NCBI GenBank assembly: GCA_964489445.1
Contig: CAZAYU010000007.1
Location: forward strand, 37,579-101,578
DNA length: 64,000 nt
Source: an uncultured Planctomycetia bacterium
GTDB lineage: Bacteria; Omnitrophota; Gorgyraeia; Duberdicusellales; 4484-171
Reading direction: 5' to 3'
The translations under genes and the position numbers were made by a program. Each line of letters begins with the position of its first letter. Position 1 is the first letter of the stretch. Shown here piece after piece: positions 38,675 through 48,550 of the stretch. The notes below the pieces were generated by a model. The model made no database searches. It was not told the origin of the DNA and worked only from the letters and a program-made list of their open reading frames with translations.

Positions 38675-39541
38675 ATGAAACACAAAAAAATAAAAATTAA
38701 TTTGGCTAAATCTGCTGGATTTTGCTTCGGGGTTAAAAGAGCAATAAAAATAGCCAAACAAATAACTACATCAGACCTAAGAATAGAAATGCTCGGGCCG
38801 ATAGTGCACAACGAAGATGTGTCACGCGAAATCGAAGCAGGCGGGGTCAAAACAGTCAAAAGTATCAAGGAAGGAAAAAAAAGAGCCCTACTTATTCGAG
38901 CTCACGGAACACCATTAAAAACAATACAAAAAGCAAAAGCTTTAGGTTATAAAATAATTGACGCAACATGCCCGATGGTCAAGGAAATACATAAAATTGC
39001 AATAAATATGGAACAAAAAAATTATAGGATTATTGTAATTGGCGATAAAGACCATGCTGAAGTAAAAGGAATTATCGGACATCTAGAAAAAAAAGCACTA
39101 GTTATTGAAAACGAAAAAACTGTACCAACAAAAAACATAAAAAAAATAAAAAAAGCCTGCGTAGTTGTTCAGTCAACACAAAACACAAGAACAGTAGAAA
39201 AAATTATTGTTTTATTGAAACAAAGCATTAAGGATTTAAAATTCTTTAATACTGTCTGCCAGACAACCAGGACTAAGCAAACAGAAATCCGTACTATGCC
39301 ACTTGAGAACGATGTGATGTTTATTATTGGATCAAAAAACAGTGCGAATACAAAACGATTATATGAAATATCAAAATCAATCAACAATAAAAGCTATTGG
39401 ATCCAGTCAGACAACGATATAAGAAAAAACTACCTTATTGGCTACAACAATATCGGAATCACGGCCGGCGCCTCCACCCCTGACTCTACCACTAAAAAAA
39501 TAATTGAAAAAATAAGGAAACTAACTGCTAAAGCTAAGTAA
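38675..39541 (+). CDS. ispH: 4-hydroxy-3-methylbut-2-enyl diphosphate reductase
   Basis: GFCFGV, VHN, DATCP, SANT, TAGASTP. Confidence 0.95.
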   Translation: MKHKKIKINLAKSAGFCFGVKRAIKIAKQITTSDLRIEMLGPIVHNEDVSREIEAGGVKTVKSIKEGKKRALLIRAHGTPLKTIQKAKALGYKIIDATCPMVKEIHKIAINMEQKNYRIIVIGDKDHAEVKGIIGHLEKKALVIENEKTVPTKNIKKIKKACVVVQSTQNTRTVEKIIVLLKQSIKDLKFFNTVCQTTRTKQTEIRTMPLENDVMFIIGSKNSANTKRLYEISKSINNKSYWIQSDNDIRKNYLIGYNNIGITAGASTPDSTTKKIIEKIRKLTAKAK

Positions 39542-39544
39542 GCT

Positions 39545-39943
39545 TTATTCGTACCGAAGAGCTTCGATTGGACTTAAACGCGCAGCTTTATAGGCCGGCC
39601 AAAGACCAAAGCCAATACCGACAGCTATAGAAAATGTTGTTGATAAAATAACACTAAAAAGAGAAACTCTAGTTTCCCACCCAAATACAGTCGACATTAT
39701 AAATGCCGAGCCAGACCCCAGAACAATACCTACTAAACCGCCACCTAAAGACATTACGACCGACTCAATTAAAAACTGGGTCATCACATCATTAGCTCGT
39801 GCGCCTAGCGCTTTACGCAATCCAATTTCCCGAGTTCGTTCGGTAACTGAAACTAACATAATATTTATAATTCCAATGCCACCTACTAAAAGCGATATTG
39901 CGGCAATGCAACCCAAAGGAACGTTCGACTGTCTTTTTTCCAT
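39545..39943 (-). pseudogene. C-terminal fragment of MacB/FtsX-type ABC permease
   Basis: [27 protein letters not shown]...PIEALRYE; N-terminal part missing. Confidence 0.8.
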
Positions 39944-40061
39944 TCTTTGCCATTCTTCTTAATTATGCTCATTAAATAGACCATAATCCTTCCACTGCTT
40001 ATGCTATTGCACTGTGTTGACAGCCCATTATACAAAAGAATTATGGTTAGCGAGAATATTC

Positions 40062-40673
40062 TTAAACAGAGTGTTTATTTAAGCAGTTTTGCAAAAAGTC
40101 GCTTGCTTGCTGTTTACATTGACCACAGACAGTACCTATTTTAGTTCTTTCTTGAAGTTCTATATATGTTTTTGCTCCGTCTAACACTACTTGTTCTATC
40201 TCCCGATCAGTAATATTCATACATTTACACACCACATGTGTTTCTTTTTCTGCTATCTCGTTAACAATTCCTTGCCGTAGATAGTAATCATTTATTGCAG
40301 CCCTTAGCGCTTTGTCTCCTAAAACCGAACAATGAATTTTATGCTCCGGCAACCCACCCAACTCCTTAATAATATCTTGAGGTGAAATAGCGTAGGCTTG
40401 CTTTAATGTTTTTCCTTTTGTAATCTCTGAAAGTATAGAGGTGCTAGCTATAGCACTAGCGCAGCCATAAGTTCTCCACTTACAATCAGTAATAATTTTT
40501 TTTTGTTTGTCAACTTTTATCACCAATAACATCTCATCGCCACAACCTACATTACCCACCTTACCTTTCCCATCATAGGTGTCAGGATCTTCATGCTCTC
40601 CGAGAATGTTATGCGGATTGGTGAAATGCTCTTTTAGCTTATCAGAATAAACCCACTTAGGCTGCTGGCTCAT
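40062..40673 (-). CDS. nifU: NifU/IscU scaffold with C-terminal BFD-like 2Fe-2S domain
   Basis: CGD, GCASAIAS, KIHCS, CKC...CGQC. Confidence 0.85.
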   Translation of the reverse strand: MSQQPKWVYSDKLKEHFTNPHNILGEHEDPDTYDGKGKVGNVGCGDEMLLVIKVDKQKKIITDCKWRTYGCASAIASTSILSEITKGKTLKQAYAISPQDIIKELGGLPEHKIHCSVLGDKALRAAINDYYLRQGIVNEIAEKETHVVCKCMNITDREIEQVVLDGAKTYIELQERTKIGTVCGQCKQQASDFLQNCLNKHSV

Positions 40674-41863
40674 TTTTGACTCCTTGTTCGACGGACAGTA
40701 GACATTGCTCGAATCTTTTTTATAACCCTTGGTAAAACTTCCAGAACATAGTTAACTTCTTCTATTGTATTCTGTTTACCTAAACTTATACGTATAGAAC
40801 CATGTGCCTGCTCTGCATTTAATCCGCAAGCCAGCAACACATGCGAAGGTTCAAGAGATCCAGAAGCGCAAGCTGATCCGGTAGAAACTGCTATATCTTC
40901 TAAATCAAGATACAATAAGATTGCTTCGCCCTCAGCACCCGGAAAAGATACGTTCAGCGTGCCAGGCAAGCAATCTGTAGGATGGCCATTGAACTTGACA
41001 TCCGGAATATTATTCTCAATACCCTTTCTAAGTGCTGACTTCAAAGCTAGTAATTTTTTCTTCTCTTCTTCCATTTCCAAATCACGCATTTCGATTGCTT
41101 TGCCTAAGCCAACAACCCCTAAAGTGTTTTCGGTTCCAGCCCGACGACCTTTCTCCTGATGTCCACCGCGGATCAATGAGCAGAAAGGGATTCCCTTTCT
41201 TACATATAGAGCACCAACTCCTTTAGGTCCGTAAATTTTATGAGCTGAAAGTGTAAGAAAATCAACGTTTAGGTCCTTCACGTTTACGGGAATTTTTCCT
41301 ACCGTCTGAACTGCATCGCTATGAAACAACGCCCCTTTTTCATGAACAATTTCCGCAATAGTCTTTATATCCTGGATTACGCCAATCTCATTATTAGCCA
41401 TCATTATAGATACCAGTCCCACTTTATCATTAAGACGCTCTTTGAGCTGTTTAAGATTAACCTTTCCCTCAAGATCAACACTAAGGTGCACAACTTCTAA
41501 CCCTCTATCGCTGAGACACTTGGATGTTTCCAATATACAAGGATGCTCGATGTGTGTAGTTACAATATTGCTTCTCATCTTGCGGCGAGAAGCACACTCC
41601 TGAGAAAGACAGCCAAAAGTCGATAAAACAGTATTGTTCGCTTCTGAGCCACTGCCAACAAATATAATTTCCTGAGAATCAGCGCCAATAAAAGAAGCAA
41701 CCCTCTCTCTAGCATCCTCAATTAATTCTTTCGCCTGACGTCCTAGACTATGCAGGCTAGAAGGATTGCCAAAAATATCCATAACCGAAATCATTGCTTT
41801 TTTAACTTCAATGTGTATCGGAGTAGTCGCATTATGATCTAAATAAACTTGTTGTTTAAACAT
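40670..41863 (-). CDS. nifS: Cysteine desulfurase NifS/IscS
   Basis: YLDHNATT, SAHKIYGPKG, STGSAC. Confidence 0.92.
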   Translation of the reverse strand: MFKQQVYLDHNATTPIHIEVKKAMISVMDIFGNPSSLHSLGRQAKELIEDARERVASFIGADSQEIIFVGSGSEANNTVLSTFGCLSQECASRRKMRSNIVTTHIEHPCILETSKCLSDRGLEVVHLSVDLEGKVNLKQLKERLNDKVGLVSIMMANNEIGVIQDIKTIAEIVHEKGALFHSDAVQTVGKIPVNVKDLNVDFLTLSAHKIYGPKGVGALYVRKGIPFCSLIRGGHQEKGRRAGTENTLGVVGLGKAIEMRDLEMEEEKKKLLALKSALRKGIENNIPDVKFNGHPTDCLPGTLNVSFPGAEGEAILLYLDLEDIAVSTGSACASGSLEPSHVLLACGLNAEQAHGSIRISLGKQNTIEEVNYVLEVLPRVIKKIRAMSTVRRTRSQK

Positions 41864-41927
41864 ATCTTATCTCCAGTATTATCATACTTTTATTGAGCGC
41901 AACTTCTGAGTAATTCCTTTTTTCCAA

Positions 41928-42980
41928 TTAAGCAATTTGTATCTCAGTTTCCAGATATACATCTTGCACAGCACAAAGCAGTTCAACACCCTCTTTCATC
42001 GGCTTTTGAAATGCTTTACGCCCAGAAATAAGGCCGGTGCCTCCGGCACGCTTATTAATTACTGCTGTCTTTACTGCTTGCTGTAAATCATTTTTTCCTG
42101 AAGGTCCACCAGAATTAATTAAACCTATTCTACCCATGTAACAATTGGCTACTTGATAACGAGCCAAGTCAATTGGATGGTCAGAGGTTAACTTCTGATA
42201 AACTAATGGATGTGTTTTTCCGAATCCAATAGCAGTATATCCGTTGTTATTGGTTGGAAGCTTTTGTTTTATAATATCTGCTTCAATTGTTACTCCTAAG
42301 TGATTTGCTTGAGAGGTTAAGTCGCTTGCTGAATGGTAATCAACTCCCTCTTTTGTAAACGCATCATTACGCAGATAACACCACAATACAGTAAACATCC
42401 CTAATTCATGCGCGCGAAAAAAAGCGCTCGACACTTCTTCAATCTGCCGGCGCGCCTCCTCAGACCCAAAATAAATAGTTGCGCCTATCCCCATCGCTCC
42501 CAAATCAAATGCTTGTTCAACCGAGGCAAATAACCGCTGGTCAAAAGAATTCGGATAAGTAAGTAGTTCGTTGTGATTAATTTTAACAATAAACGGTATT
42601 TTGTGAGCATACTTACGCGATACAGATCCTAATACTCCCAAAGTAGAAGCAACTGCGTTACACCCGCCTTCTAAGGCAAGCTTAACAATATTCTCCGGAT
42701 CAAAATAGATAGGGTTAGGTGCAAATGAAGCTCCAGCAGAATGCTCAACCCCTTGATCAACTGGCAATATTGACAAATACCCGGTTTTACCCAGCCGTCC
42801 ATGGTTAAACATTGCTTGTAATCTCTGTAAAACTTGATTGTTCCGATCAGAGACTAAAAAAACTTTATCGATAAAGTTTGGCCCCGGCAAGTGTAAATCT
42901 TCCTTTGAAATTGTTTTGCACTGATGGTCCAATAAAAATTGCGCATCGTCTCCTAACAATCCAATTATTTTTTCGTTCAT
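41928..42980 (-). CDS. fbaB: Class I fructose-bisphosphate aldolase
   Basis: [25 protein letters not shown]. Confidence 0.93.
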   Translation of the reverse strand: MNEKIIGLLGDDAQFLLDHQCKTISKEDLHLPGPNFIDKVFLVSDRNNQVLQRLQAMFNHGRLGKTGYLSILPVDQGVEHSAGASFAPNPIYFDPENIVKLALEGGCNAVASTLGVLGSVSRKYAHKIPFIVKINHNELLTYPNSFDQRLFASVEQAFDLGAMGIGATIYFGSEEARRQIEEVSSAFFRAHELGMFTVLWCYLRNDAFTKEGVDYHSASDLTSQANHLGVTIEADIIKQKLPTNNNGYTAIGFGKTHPLVYQKLTSDHPIDLARYQVANCYMGRIGLINSGGPSGKNDLQQAVKTAVINKRAGGTGLISGRKAFQKPMKEGVELLCAVQDVYLETEIQIA

Positions 42981-43024
42981 TATACCCCCCTCTTTTGTGA
43001 TACTATTAATACTTTAGCATACCA

Positions 43025-43804
43025 TTATTTTATTTCTACTGATATCTGAGAATTAAACGGATTGGTTCTAACCGCCAGGGAAAAAAGATATGGATAACTA
43101 AGTTTTAAATGCTTTAAATAGTGCAGCCACTCGACAATTAACAGTTGATAGCCTCTTTGGATGTCTCCGGCTAAATGCCGATAATCATTATCCGAAAGAC
43201 CATCAAGATTATCCCGATATATTAGTTCCTCCGCTAGATGAAAGATCGCCCACAACAAATCAGTAAACGAATCATGTTCCAACAGATTAGGATTCTCTAA
43301 AAGATTTAAAAGAAAGGGTCGTTTTTGTTGGAGAAGCTGTTTAAGCATCTTTAAGCTGCCCTTTTGAGTATTAATATCATAATGATGGTTTCGAAAGTTC
43401 TTACAGTGTTTCCAAAAATGTTTTTCGGACCATTCTCCAATTTCTGATAGCTTTGCTTGCGTTCTAGCTACATTCTGATCAAGACCTGAAAAAATTCTCA
43501 AAAGATCTACTCCTGCTTCACTAAAAAACACACCAATAACCATATTTAGTTTGTTCAACATTAACTTTTTTTCCCGGCGATGCAAAAGCTGATGTAATAC
43601 CAAAGTAACCAACAAAACTTCAAGAAATACAAAAGCAATATCACCTACAAGATAAATAAAAATATGATGGACATCATGGAAAATAAAGTAATGAAGAAAA
43701 TAAAAAAATGCCGACAGCAGCACTAAAATAACTCCCAAAAATACTTGCCAATTAACTTTTTTTCTACTCATTTTACCTTTCCTCCACTTACCGGTTTTCA
43801 TCAC
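43025..43804 (-). CDS. Conserved membrane-anchored hypothetical protein
   Basis: Two N-terminal TM helices, LLENPNLLEH, YPYLFS. Confidence 0.7.
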   Translation of the reverse strand: MMKTGKWRKGKMSRKKVNWQVFLGVILVLLSAFFYFLHYFIFHDVHHIFIYLVGDIAFVFLEVLLVTLVLHQLLHRREKKLMLNKLNMVIGVFFSEAGVDLLRIFSGLDQNVARTQAKLSEIGEWSEKHFWKHCKNFRNHHYDINTQKGSLKMLKQLLQQKRPFLLNLLENPNLLEHDSFTDLLWAIFHLAEELIYRDNLDGLSDNDYRHLAGDIQRGYQLLIVEWLHYLKHLKLSYPYLFSLAVRTNPFNSQISVEIK

Positions 43805-43837
43805 GTTAAAAATTCCACTGCTACCTTTATGCGCTAA

Positions 43838-45130
43838 TTAAAAACTGTATCGAATTCGGAAAAAAACATTTTTATTTTTTTTCATTTGCCCAAATTCAGT
43901 AGTCTCATCTTCTCCCCATGGCAGATCAGCACCAAGTGTAATATTTAAGCGATCGCTTGCGTTATACCCGACGCTGGGACGTATATATCCGTCTTTATCT
44001 GAAGGGGAATAGAATACAAATAACGAAACAGTGAGATTTTGATTCAGTAACAATTTAGTGATTCGATTCGTCACAAGGTGCCGATATTCGTCCCAAAAAT
44101 AATCACCCGGTAGGAGATTATCTATATAGTTTTGATAATTAAGCTTTTGTTCGTAAAGATATTGGAAACCAATTTGTAAATCATTACCTAAATCTTTCGA
44201 ATATCCAGCCATTATTTTGATTATTGAATTTTCAATAAGCCTGTTATTCCCTTGAGAATCATCGCGTGATCTTGAATATCCAAATTCAACATTTGTAATC
44301 CCTGAACAAAATGGTCCGCGAATACTGGCGCCGTAAACATCTATTCGCTCATAGAATAATTGTTGTGCAGCTTCATTCTTATAGCTTCGAGGATTTTTGT
44401 CAAAGCCACGAAAATAATAAAACGCTGCCTCATTGCTATTAAAATTACGGTAAACTCTTAACGCATATTGATTGTTTGACATCTGAAATGGTGGCTCAAT
44501 AAATTGACGCCGAGAATCGGTGCCAGTAATCTCCCCTTGAAAACTATCGAAGAAAGATAATCGATCACCCTCGGCAAAAGTATTTGGAGTAAAATAAGGA
44601 ATAACCACAAAATCAACGCTGAACTGTTGCGGGTAAACAGAAAATTTAATCGCGTTTGATGGTTTCTTTAAATATTCATCATCCCGTCCGGCAAAAAAGG
44701 AAACATAGTCTTTAGGGAACATATCGTTAATAAATAGATAGTCTCCGGTTCCCCATGTTAATATTTGTCGGCCAATTTTTGCATCAAGAAAATCAAATGG
44801 TGTAAATAGTAAATTTGCCTCCCGTAATAGAAAATCAGTTCTGCCAGAAAAATACTCATCAATTAAAAAATCACCCTTAAAATTAACAACCGCTCCTTTA
44901 TCTGCTAAATAATTTTCGCCCTCAAAATAATAATTAGTTGCAAACTGAAAACGTTGCTCAAGAAGATTGTAGGCATCGTGCTTAGTGGTATCGTTGCTTA
45001 GCTTTACTCCGTAGCTAGCCTCTATGAAACCGTGGAATTCTACCGGTTGAGCAAAACACATAATCGGAAACAAAACAATCCCAATAAACAAAGTAATAAC
45101 TAAAGAACACTTGATATTCATCTCACCCAT
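43838..45130 (-). CDS. Probable outer membrane beta-barrel protein
   Basis: Signal peptide, GRQILTWG, C-terminal RYSF. Confidence 0.7.
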   Translation of the reverse strand: MGEMNIKCSLVITLFIGIVLFPIMCFAQPVEFHGFIEASYGVKLSNDTTKHDAYNLLEQRFQFATNYYFEGENYLADKGAVVNFKGDFLIDEYFSGRTDFLLREANLLFTPFDFLDAKIGRQILTWGTGDYLFINDMFPKDYVSFFAGRDDEYLKKPSNAIKFSVYPQQFSVDFVVIPYFTPNTFAEGDRLSFFDSFQGEITGTDSRRQFIEPPFQMSNNQYALRVYRNFNSNEAAFYYFRGFDKNPRSYKNEAAQQLFYERIDVYGASIRGPFCSGITNVEFGYSRSRDDSQGNNRLIENSIIKIMAGYSKDLGNDLQIGFQYLYEQKLNYQNYIDNLLPGDYFWDEYRHLVTNRITKLLLNQNLTVSLFVFYSPSDKDGYIRPSVGYNASDRLNITLGADLPWGEDETTEFGQMKKNKNVFFRIRYSF

Positions 45131-45939
45131 TCAGACGGTGCTCTCCGCAGATAACGTTCGGTGTATATTTCCTCAGTCAAGCCAACATCGTACTTCGTAT
45201 CAGAGAACTCCATAATAGTTTGTCCTCCGCGCTCTAGGTCTCTAGCTTGCGATTTTATTACTGTGGGATTTCCCTGGATTTCTAATATTTCTAAAGCCTC
45301 AATAACTCTAATTAGTTTTCCATCTTCATTGTAATATTCAGCTTTTACCGGAATAAAATTTTGCTTGTTAACAGTCACTATATAGTAGCTAAATTCGTTA
45401 CCTTTTTGCACTTTTGGAATGCTTTTGATCCTATAATAGCTACCTTCATCGCTGATTAATTGATGAGTATCAGCATCAATTCCTCTTCCGGATACATCTT
45501 CGTAAGCAAAGTGCGAACCAACAAAACTTGACCGTTTATCCGAAGCAGAAATTCTTCTCACTAAATCAAGCGCGGGCATATACATCCAGCGATCATCATC
45601 CTTACCCAAATGTTTCCAGACCATAAATACCATTTTTCGCACATCTGCTGGTTTATTGAAATAAACATAAAATTTTTGCTCACCACCGTTTTGAATGTCC
45701 AAACGAAGTATTTGAAATTCTCTAACCCGTTGGCGTCCCTGTGAATCAATAATTGTCATTTTTACTTTAGATTTACCATCATCACCGCTATAATACGCAG
45801 CAAGATTTGCTTTCTCAACTATTTCTTCAACCGAAAGCTCTTTGGCTAATGCCAAACTAGACATAGACGAGAAGACCACTGCGCCTACTAAAAATAAATT
45901 AAACATTTTCCTCATTTTTTTACCTCCAATACTGAACAC
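45118..45939 (-). CDS. Outer membrane lipoprotein-sorting (LolA-like) protein
   Basis: PADV, DDRWMYMPAL, SFVGSHFAYED. Confidence 0.8.
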   Translation of the reverse strand: MFSIGGKKMRKMFNLFLVGAVVFSSMSSLALAKELSVEEIVEKANLAAYYSGDDGKSKVKMTIIDSQGRQRVREFQILRLDIQNGGEQKFYVYFNKPADVRKMVFMVWKHLGKDDDRWMYMPALDLVRRISASDKRSSFVGSHFAYEDVSGRGIDADTHQLISDEGSYYRIKSIPKVQKGNEFSYYIVTVNKQNFIPVKAEYYNEDGKLIRVIEALEILEIQGNPTVIKSQARDLERGGQTIMEFSDTKYDVGLTEEIYTERYLRRAPSEWVR

Positions 45940-48431
45940 TGTTTATATTTAGAAACAAAATGACAAGCTCCTGCAAAAAAAACAACCACTCCTATAGAAA
46001 TAAAAGTAGCAACCGGCCAATCTAAAACTGTATACCCCAAAAGAACATACGCAACAGCAAACGCAACAAATAAAGCGACTAACAAGCACTGGCTGTAACT
46101 ACATCCTATTTTGTCTAAATTTTTATTGAATATTATCTCTGGCTTTAAAGATATTAAAGCTGGGATAAGGAACAAGGTCGCCAAGCTTGAAACAGCCATA
46201 ATCATAAACATAAAAAAACCAACAGTCTTATAAGGAACTAACGGCGCAGCTAACAGCGGCAAAAAACCAATTGCCACAACTAATGCATTACGAATAATTG
46301 CCCTACCAGGCCCGGAGAACATTTCTGAAGCAATCTCATCCCAGGATTTCACAGAGCGACTTAATTCCACAGCCCGCTGAATAAAATGAATAGCAAAATC
46401 AACTGATAATCCTAATGTCAAGGCAGAAAGAACGGCAATTGGCATGTCGTAATCTTTTTGGAAAAACCCTAATAAGCTGTATATAAATAATATAGTTACT
46501 GTCAATGGAATCATAGAAATCAGTGCCTTTACTGGAGAACGAAACAAAAATAACATCATAAATAAGACAATCACAAAACTACCGATAAAATTTTTGAGCA
46601 TCCCCACAACCATATTATTTTGCCAAACAACATTAATATAGGTTAATCCGGCCCACTTATGCTCAATCGAAAACGGCAGGGGATTATTTTTGATAAATGC
46701 ATCCACTAGCTTAATTACCCTATCCATATCTTTATTGTCGCCGCTTTTTAACTGAACCCAAATATTTAATTTAGAGTAGTCTGGTGTAGACATGTGCCAA
46801 AGATCATCTGGCTTATGCGAATTTTCAAAAGCAAGTAAACACTGTGCAACAGCAGCTTTACTTTTTGGAATAACATTATTAATTTTATCTCCTCCCAATA
46901 ACTCATAATAAATTTTCTTAACAATATCTGCTAAAGAAGTCGTTTTTCCTACATATCCACTATCAATCATCATCTTTTGTAACGATTCAACGTGTAACAA
47001 CATTTCTGGATAAATAAAAACTTCTGACTCATCACTTTTATTCTCCAGCACCAGATAAGCCTCATATGTTCCGGACAAATGTTTATTTAGCAGGCGATCA
47101 GCTACGCGGATCGGGTGCTTATAGCTAAACCATCTAACTGGATTATCATTAACCTGTACTTTGGTGATTCCATAGATTGACAGCCCGACCAAAAAAATGG
47201 TAATCGCTATAATTACTTTTGAGTTTTTTAAGGAAACTGTTTTAATTCTGCTCAGTATTTTATCAATGATGGCTCCACCGGTTTTATTTTTTTTTGTCTT
47301 AAATCGCTTAAAATTATCCGCTTTCATTAACATGATATACGCAGGAATAAATAAAATTGTAAGTATCCAAGCAATAATCACCCCGAAAGCAACAAGCACG
47401 CCAAATATTTGAACTGGAGGTATCGGGGAAAAAGACAATGAAAAAAATCCAGCTGCAGAAGTCAGTGACGTGAACAACATCGGGCTAAACAGCTCGTCTA
47501 AAACAAATTTAATTGTTTTTTTGCGATCTTGATAAATAGCATACTTATCAAAAAACTCACTTAATATATGCACTGAATCCAAAACAGCAATCGGCATTAG
47601 AAAAATCGGTATCATCGAGCTCATAATATGTACCGGAAAACCAAACCCGATTAGCACACCCATGGTGATAATCACAGTCGAAACTGCAACAATCATTGGA
47701 GCAATGATTAGCCTTACTGATTTAAAAAAGAACCACATCAGCAAAAAAATTATCAACCCGGCTAAAGGAGCAGAAATGGCCATTTGCTTAAACATTTCTG
47801 CTCCAAACTGATCATTAGCTATAGGCAACCCGGCAAAATAAAACTTTTCCTGCCCAGTATAATTATCCGTAATACTTTTAATTTCTTGCGATATTTCATA
47901 GCTTAAGCTCTTTTTTTTAATCGGAATATACAAAGCAATCATTTTGCCATCTTCAGAAACCATTGTTCCGTAAAACATCGGATTATCTTTAGCTTCATCA
48001 CGAATTAGCAATGCTTCTTTACGGCTAACTGGAGGTTTATCCATTAACCAGTTAAATCTAACTTCCCCAATGCCACCTTGTTGAATGTTATCTTTGGTGG
48101 AAGGAGCAATTATTTCTTGAGGAATAACCCCGGGTATTTTTTTTATTTCTGCAGTAAGATTATAAATTTTTTCTAAGCTGCTAACATTAAATACACCGTC
48201 CGGGTGAGCATCGTTAGTAATCCCGACTACGATAAGATCATAAAGCTTAAACTCCTGCTTCATCTCACGATTAAATATACGCGCCGGTGCACTTTCAGAG
48301 AGCATATTCTCCGGATCAGTATCCACCTTAATTTTAGAGAATTGGCCCAAAGCAATAACCACCAAAAGTAGCGTTAGGCTGATAATTATTTTTGGCCGGC
48401 CAATGGTATATTTAATAATTCTTTTGATCAT
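45912..48431 (-). CDS. MMPL/RND family transporter
   Basis: Two repeats of periplasmic loop + TM bundle, DSVHIL and GLSVDFAIH. Confidence 0.88.
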   Translation of the reverse strand: MIKRIIKYTIGRPKIIISLTLLLVVIALGQFSKIKVDTDPENMLSESAPARIFNREMKQEFKLYDLIVVGITNDAHPDGVFNVSSLEKIYNLTAEIKKIPGVIPQEIIAPSTKDNIQQGGIGEVRFNWLMDKPPVSRKEALLIRDEAKDNPMFYGTMVSEDGKMIALYIPIKKKSLSYEISQEIKSITDNYTGQEKFYFAGLPIANDQFGAEMFKQMAISAPLAGLIIFLLMWFFFKSVRLIIAPMIVAVSTVIITMGVLIGFGFPVHIMSSMIPIFLMPIAVLDSVHILSEFFDKYAIYQDRKKTIKFVLDELFSPMLFTSLTSAAGFFSLSFSPIPPVQIFGVLVAFGVIIAWILTILFIPAYIMLMKADNFKRFKTKKNKTGGAIIDKILSRIKTVSLKNSKVIIAITIFLVGLSIYGITKVQVNDNPVRWFSYKHPIRVADRLLNKHLSGTYEAYLVLENKSDESEVFIYPEMLLHVESLQKMMIDSGYVGKTTSLADIVKKIYYELLGGDKINNVIPKSKAAVAQCLLAFENSHKPDDLWHMSTPDYSKLNIWVQLKSGDNKDMDRVIKLVDAFIKNNPLPFSIEHKWAGLTYINVVWQNNMVVGMLKNFIGSFVIVLFMMLFLFRSPVKALISMIPLTVTILFIYSLLGFFQKDYDMPIAVLSALTLGLSVDFAIHFIQRAVELSRSVKSWDEIASEMFSGPGRAIIRNALVVAIGFLPLLAAPLVPYKTVGFFMFMIMAVSSLATLFLIPALISLKPEIIFNKNLDKIGCSYSQCLLVALFVAFAVAYVLLGYTVLDWPVATFISIGVVVFFAGACHFVSKYKQCSVLEVKK

Positions 48432-48550
48432 ATCTTCTCCCTGCTTAAATAAATTATTATCTGCCTCTATGATAATTTAGTAACTATACTGCAATTAAAG
48501 CCAATTAAGACTACAACTGGTTTGAATATAATGTATTACTTATTATTTTT

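Noticed and set aside
40461-40480. RTYGC / TATGGCTGC in nifU resembling the miaB junction core
   Set aside because: It is the conserved IscU GCASA motif inside an intact gene, with no CCGT junction or arm.
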